Shown here: one piece after another, positions 61,214 through 64,000 of the stretch
Layout: every line of letters starts with the position of its first letter
Position numbering within the stretch: the first letter of the stretch is position 1
NCBI GenBank assembly: GCA_030765535.1
Contig: JAVCCH010000086.1
Coordinates: forward strand, 5,930-69,929
Direction: 5' to 3'
Source of the DNA: Candidatus Tenebribacter davisii
Lineage (GTDB): Bacteria; Cloacimonadota; Cloacimonadia; Cloacimonadales; TCS61
Length of the DNA stretch: 64,000 bases
Notes under the pieces: model-generated
The model's input: only the letters and a program-made list of their open reading frames with translations
Told to the model about the DNA's origin: nothing
The model's database searches: none
Translations under genes and position numbers: made by a program

Positions 61214-62665
61214 TCAAGCCCAAAAAGGGAGATAGGCTGCATGTTTTCTAGATTTGCTCTTAGGATCTGCGTCTATTATCAATTTAGATATTAGTGCATC
61301 TTTAATAATTCTGGAAGCCATGGGATAGTTTTTATCTGAGATTTTAAAACGTTCTCGAATAGATTTATTTGTCATTTGCTCTCTTTGTACGTATTTTAAG
61401 CAAGCATGTTGATAACAAGCCCTTATTCGATCTTCTTTAGACATTTTAGATAATTCTTTGTATGAGTATAAAATTACTTTTGTAGCATTTTCTTCCCGAA
61501 TAAATTCTGGAGCAGGTAATTGATATAATTCTACGTTAAATATAACCCTATCAACACCAGAACCACGTTCTTCACAAATTTTGATTCTACGGAGAAAAGA
61601 TGCAATAGCTTCATTACGTGATTGTGGTGCAGCATCAATAAATCGGTGAATATCAATAAGTGGAGTACCAGGATTAGTAATTTCTATTCGGTTATTAAAA
61701 ATCTCAATCATCACGCTGGTTCCAGTTATAGTAAAATCCTGGTGAATAATTGCATTTGCTACTAATTCTCGAATCGCTACTTCCGGATAAATTTTTGATT
61801 CTTCTCTAAAAATTTTTGTGATTGTTTCATTTGTAGGAAGCTGGGAAATAATAAAGTTGATTAATCCTTCAAATGCTGAGGCATATCCTTTCTTACCTGT
61901 TTGTTCTAATTTTGCATTTAATTTATTAATTCCATCATAGACTATGACTCGGACGGCCTTTCGATTAATTCTGTCAAACTCATTAAGATTCTTCGCAAAT
62001 AATAGTGCTCCTAGGTTTGTTATAGAGTAATAATCATCTGAATTTTGAATAATAAACTTCTCATCTTTCATCTTGTGGATTATCCCATCCTTTGACTCCG
62101 GAAGTGGCTGTTTTAACAGCCTGAAGTAGTTATCGAAGTCTAAAAAGCGAATAATTTCTTCTTTTGTACAATTATGTTTAGCTAAGCCAGATTCAAAGTT
62201 AATATTTGCAGTTTTGGAAATCATTGTAGCTACTTCTTGCCGTGTCATTTTTCTTGTTTGTCCAGCAGATCTCGTATAGCAATGATATATGTCCTTACCT
62301 CTCATATGCACAGGCCTAAACTGACTTGAAGGAACATATACAGCAAGAAATGATTGTTTTTTGTATTCTAATATAGAATGTTTTATAATGATTGGTGGTT
62401 GTAATGATTCTCGGGAGATATTACCAATTTTTTTTATAATTTCTTTGCATTCATCGCTACCTATTCCTGTATATTTTCCTGAATCGTTAAACCCAAAAAC
62501 CATGAAGCCACCGTTATCAAGATTAGAAAATGCCGAAATATGTTGTGACAGTCGTTGCGTATTAGGTGATAAATTTTCTTTCCAATCCAACTCATTTAAC
62601 TCGGTTGGCACACTATCAAGACTCTTGTTCAGCAACTCTAAACATCTCTTTTCCCAACTCTTCAT
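61214..62665 (-). CDS. Schlafen/AlbA_2 + HATPase_c_4 + HTH protein (second, divergent)
   Basis: ELNELDWKE..ISAFSNLDNGGFMVFG; YPEVAIRELVANAIIHQD; SRNEAIA; EERGSG; C-terminal YLPFWA. Confidence 0.88.
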   Translation of the reverse strand: MKSWEKRCLELLNKSLDSVPTELNELDWKENLSPNTQRLSQHISAFSNLDNGGFMVFGFNDSGKYTGIGSDECKEIIKKIGNISRESLQPPIIIKHSILEYKKQSFLAVYVPSSQFRPVHMRGKDIYHCYTRSAGQTRKMTRQEVATMISKTANINFESGLAKHNCTKEEIIRFLDFDNYFRLLKQPLPESKDGIIHKMKDEKFIIQNSDDYYSITNLGALLFAKNLNEFDRINRKAVRVIVYDGINKLNAKLEQTGKKGYASAFEGLINFIISQLPTNETITKIFREESKIYPEVAIRELVANAIIHQDFTITGTSVMIEIFNNRIEITNPGTPLIDIHRFIDAAPQSRNEAIASFLRRIKICEERGSGVDRVIFNVELYQLPAPEFIREENATKVILYSYKELSKMSKEDRIRACYQHACLKYVQREQMTNKSIRERFKISDKNYPMASRIIKDALISKLIIDADPKSKSRKHAAYLPFWA

Positions 62666-62670
62666 TCGAC

Positions 62671-62780
62671 CTCCAGTTACATAACAGTTACATAGGTATT
62701 ACCAATGTATAACATAGACTTAGCAACCTACTAGTAATTTAACCCGGCTTAGAGTTACATAAGCCAGTTATGTTTATATC
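62671..62780 (-). repeat. 110-bp recombination-site-like element, copy B
   Basis: Exactly 1600 bp from copy A; fills almost the whole gap between the MTase stop (62789) and the ATG at 62665. Confidence 0.85.
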
Positions 62781-62788
62781 ACGCTCCA

Positions 62789-64000
62789 TCACACTCCCCT
62801 CAACTTCGCATAACCCGCCATAAATTTCTTCATCTCTCTACCAAATTTCACTGTAAGCTTCGCTGACTCTCCTGCCCCGGCAATGTATACGATTTCACCT
62901 TCACCAAACTTATCATGGAAGACGTGCTGGCTAACATGGAAGCTGGTAAGGATGCCTTCTTCCGTTGGTTGTGTTTCCGGCTTTGGTGCAGAGATAGTGG
63001 AAAACAAATCCATCTGGTGTTTATCTTCTTTCTTCGATTCTGGTTTGGTTTTGGTAAGATCGATACTCTTACGCACAAATTTCGGCTGTTCTGCTTTCTT
63101 TTTACTCTTTCCTTTCTTATGCAATCCCTGCTTTTCTTCTTCCTCATAAATTTTATGGTTAAGGAGAAGCAGACGCTTTAGCACTTCTTTACGTGCTTCG
63201 GGAGAGATTGTATAGCGCACCCGATCATTCTCCGGCAGATAATCCACCTCATAGAAATCATGTTTAAGCTCAATAGCGGGACTATCTTCAGAATCTACGT
63301 TCCAACCATACGCTTCCAATACTGCCTCATCCATTTCTTTGTGCAGTTGGCGCAGTTTGATGATATCTGCAATTGCTTCTTCCATTGTGCAAGTACCTGG
63401 AGTTTTCTGCAGATGATTCCACAGATAGACAGTGTCTTTGCCGAACTTTTTCTCCAGCTCTTTTCTATTCTCAATTTGGCTACTGGCTATTTCGCTTGTT
63501 AGCTTTGCATTATGAAACTGATTATAGGTTTTGGTAAGCCCCAACAACAACTTTTGCATTAACTGACGGCGGAACTCGTTATATTCCTCGCCGATTTGTT
63601 CCAGATTGGATTTTGTTTCTGCTAAAAGGGGGTTTGGAAAAGGGAAAGTTTCAAATGCATCTGTATTTGTATAACTTAAAGTAGAGCTACCAAGTGTTGA
63701 GCAATTTCTCCATGCCCAGATGGAATGAATAGAAGATTGGATGATAGAAAACTTGTAAAATTGATCAAACAATATAACACCAACCGAATTTGAAAAAATA
63801 CAATGCTTTGAAAAAATAGAAAAATTTAAAAACTTACTTGAAAGAGCGGTTACAATAACAAATTCTGCATTTGCTATATTATTATATAATTCTGGTCTTA
63901 GCCTTTCAAACAACCACCATTTTTCTCTTAACTTTTTGTCTTTACTATTATCTCTGATTGGTTTTACTCTTTTTTTCACAATTTCTAAAGCTTGCCGATA
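62789..64000 (-). CDS. C-terminal part of an MmeI/type IIG-IIL or DISARM DrmMI-like DNA methyltransferase, with terminal UvrD/PcrA-type Tudor domain (5' truncated)
   Basis: Frame open to base 64000. WWLFERLRPELY, SSIHSIWAW..STL..FETFPFP, GLTKTYNQFH, LRQLHKEMDEAVLEAYGW; catalytic motifs lie outside the window. Confidence 0.75.
   Translation of the reverse strand, partial: YRQALEIVKKRVKPIRDNSKDKKLREKWWLFERLRPELYNNIANAEFVIVTALSSKFLNFSIFSKHCIFSNSVGVILFDQFYKFSIIQSSIHSIWAWRNCSTLGSSTLSYTNTDAFETFPFPNPLLAETKSNLEQIGEEYNEFRRQLMQKLLLGLTKTYNQFHNAKLTSEIASSQIENRKELEKKFGKDTVYLWNHLQKTPGTCTMEEAIADIIKLRQLHKEMDEAVLEAYGWNVDSEDSPAIELKHDFYEVDYLPENDRVRYTISPEARKEVLKRLLLLNHKIYEEEEKQGLHKKGKSKKKAEQPKFVRKSIDLTKTKPESKKEDKHQMDLFSTISAPKPETQPTEEGILTSFHVSQHVFHDKFGEGEIVYIAGAGESAKLTVKFGREMKKFMAGYAKLRGV

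Larger units (their letters stand above)
58176..64000. mobile_element. Accessory/defence genomic island adjoining tRNA-Ser (continues beyond window)
   Basis: Switch from core genes to Xis-like HTH, AlbA_2 proteins and an RM methyltransferase right after the tRNA 3' end; no integrase inside the window. Confidence 0.7.

Noticed and set aside
62752-62778. Canonical XerCD dif site
   Set aside because: The ACATAA/TTATGT arms are separated by 5 bp rather than 6, the XerD arm deviates from TTATGTTAAAT, and it is embedded in a longer repeated element.
2663-63502. Many short ORFs antisense to or overlapping long genes (e.g. 5965-6351, 45488-45904, 51275-51961, 57617-57994, 62883-63181)
   Set aside because: They are shadow frames of well-supported genes and show no recognisable motifs.
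62789-64000. Complete DISARM or BREX system
   Set aside because: Only the methyltransferase C-terminus is visible; no drmA/B/C or pglZ follows it within the window.

Overview
AT-rich bacterial chromosome window, probably from an anaerobic FCB-group organism such as Cloacimonadota. That assignment is inferred from a giant secreted protein with a PNPFNP-type C-terminal domain, PFOR, folE2 and amino-acid fermentation genes. Bases 1-58,058 are mostly core genes (udk, pdxJ, miaA, mutL, nifJ, folE2, recO, panCD, recF-dnaN-HU without dnaA, ddl, aroA, ABC transporters). This part also has a 2725-aa acidic protein with 14 Ig-like repeats, whose long leader carries three copies of a bipartite hairpin motif, a CHASE2-cyclase/FecR/outer-membrane protein operon, and a probable ArcE-type arginine synthetase. 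A tRNA-Ser(GGA) at 58088-58175 borders an accessory island that runs off the right edge. The island holds an excisionase-like HTH fusion, two Schlafen/AlbA_2-ATPase-like genes, a relic tRNA-Ile 3' end (att-like), and a truncated MmeI/DrmMI-like methyltransferase fused to a UvrD/PcrA-type Tudor domain. The most striking unexplained structure is a pair of gapless 110-bp sites, 75% identical and exactly 1600 bp apart, that bracket one AlbA_2 gene like a promoterless gene cassette.
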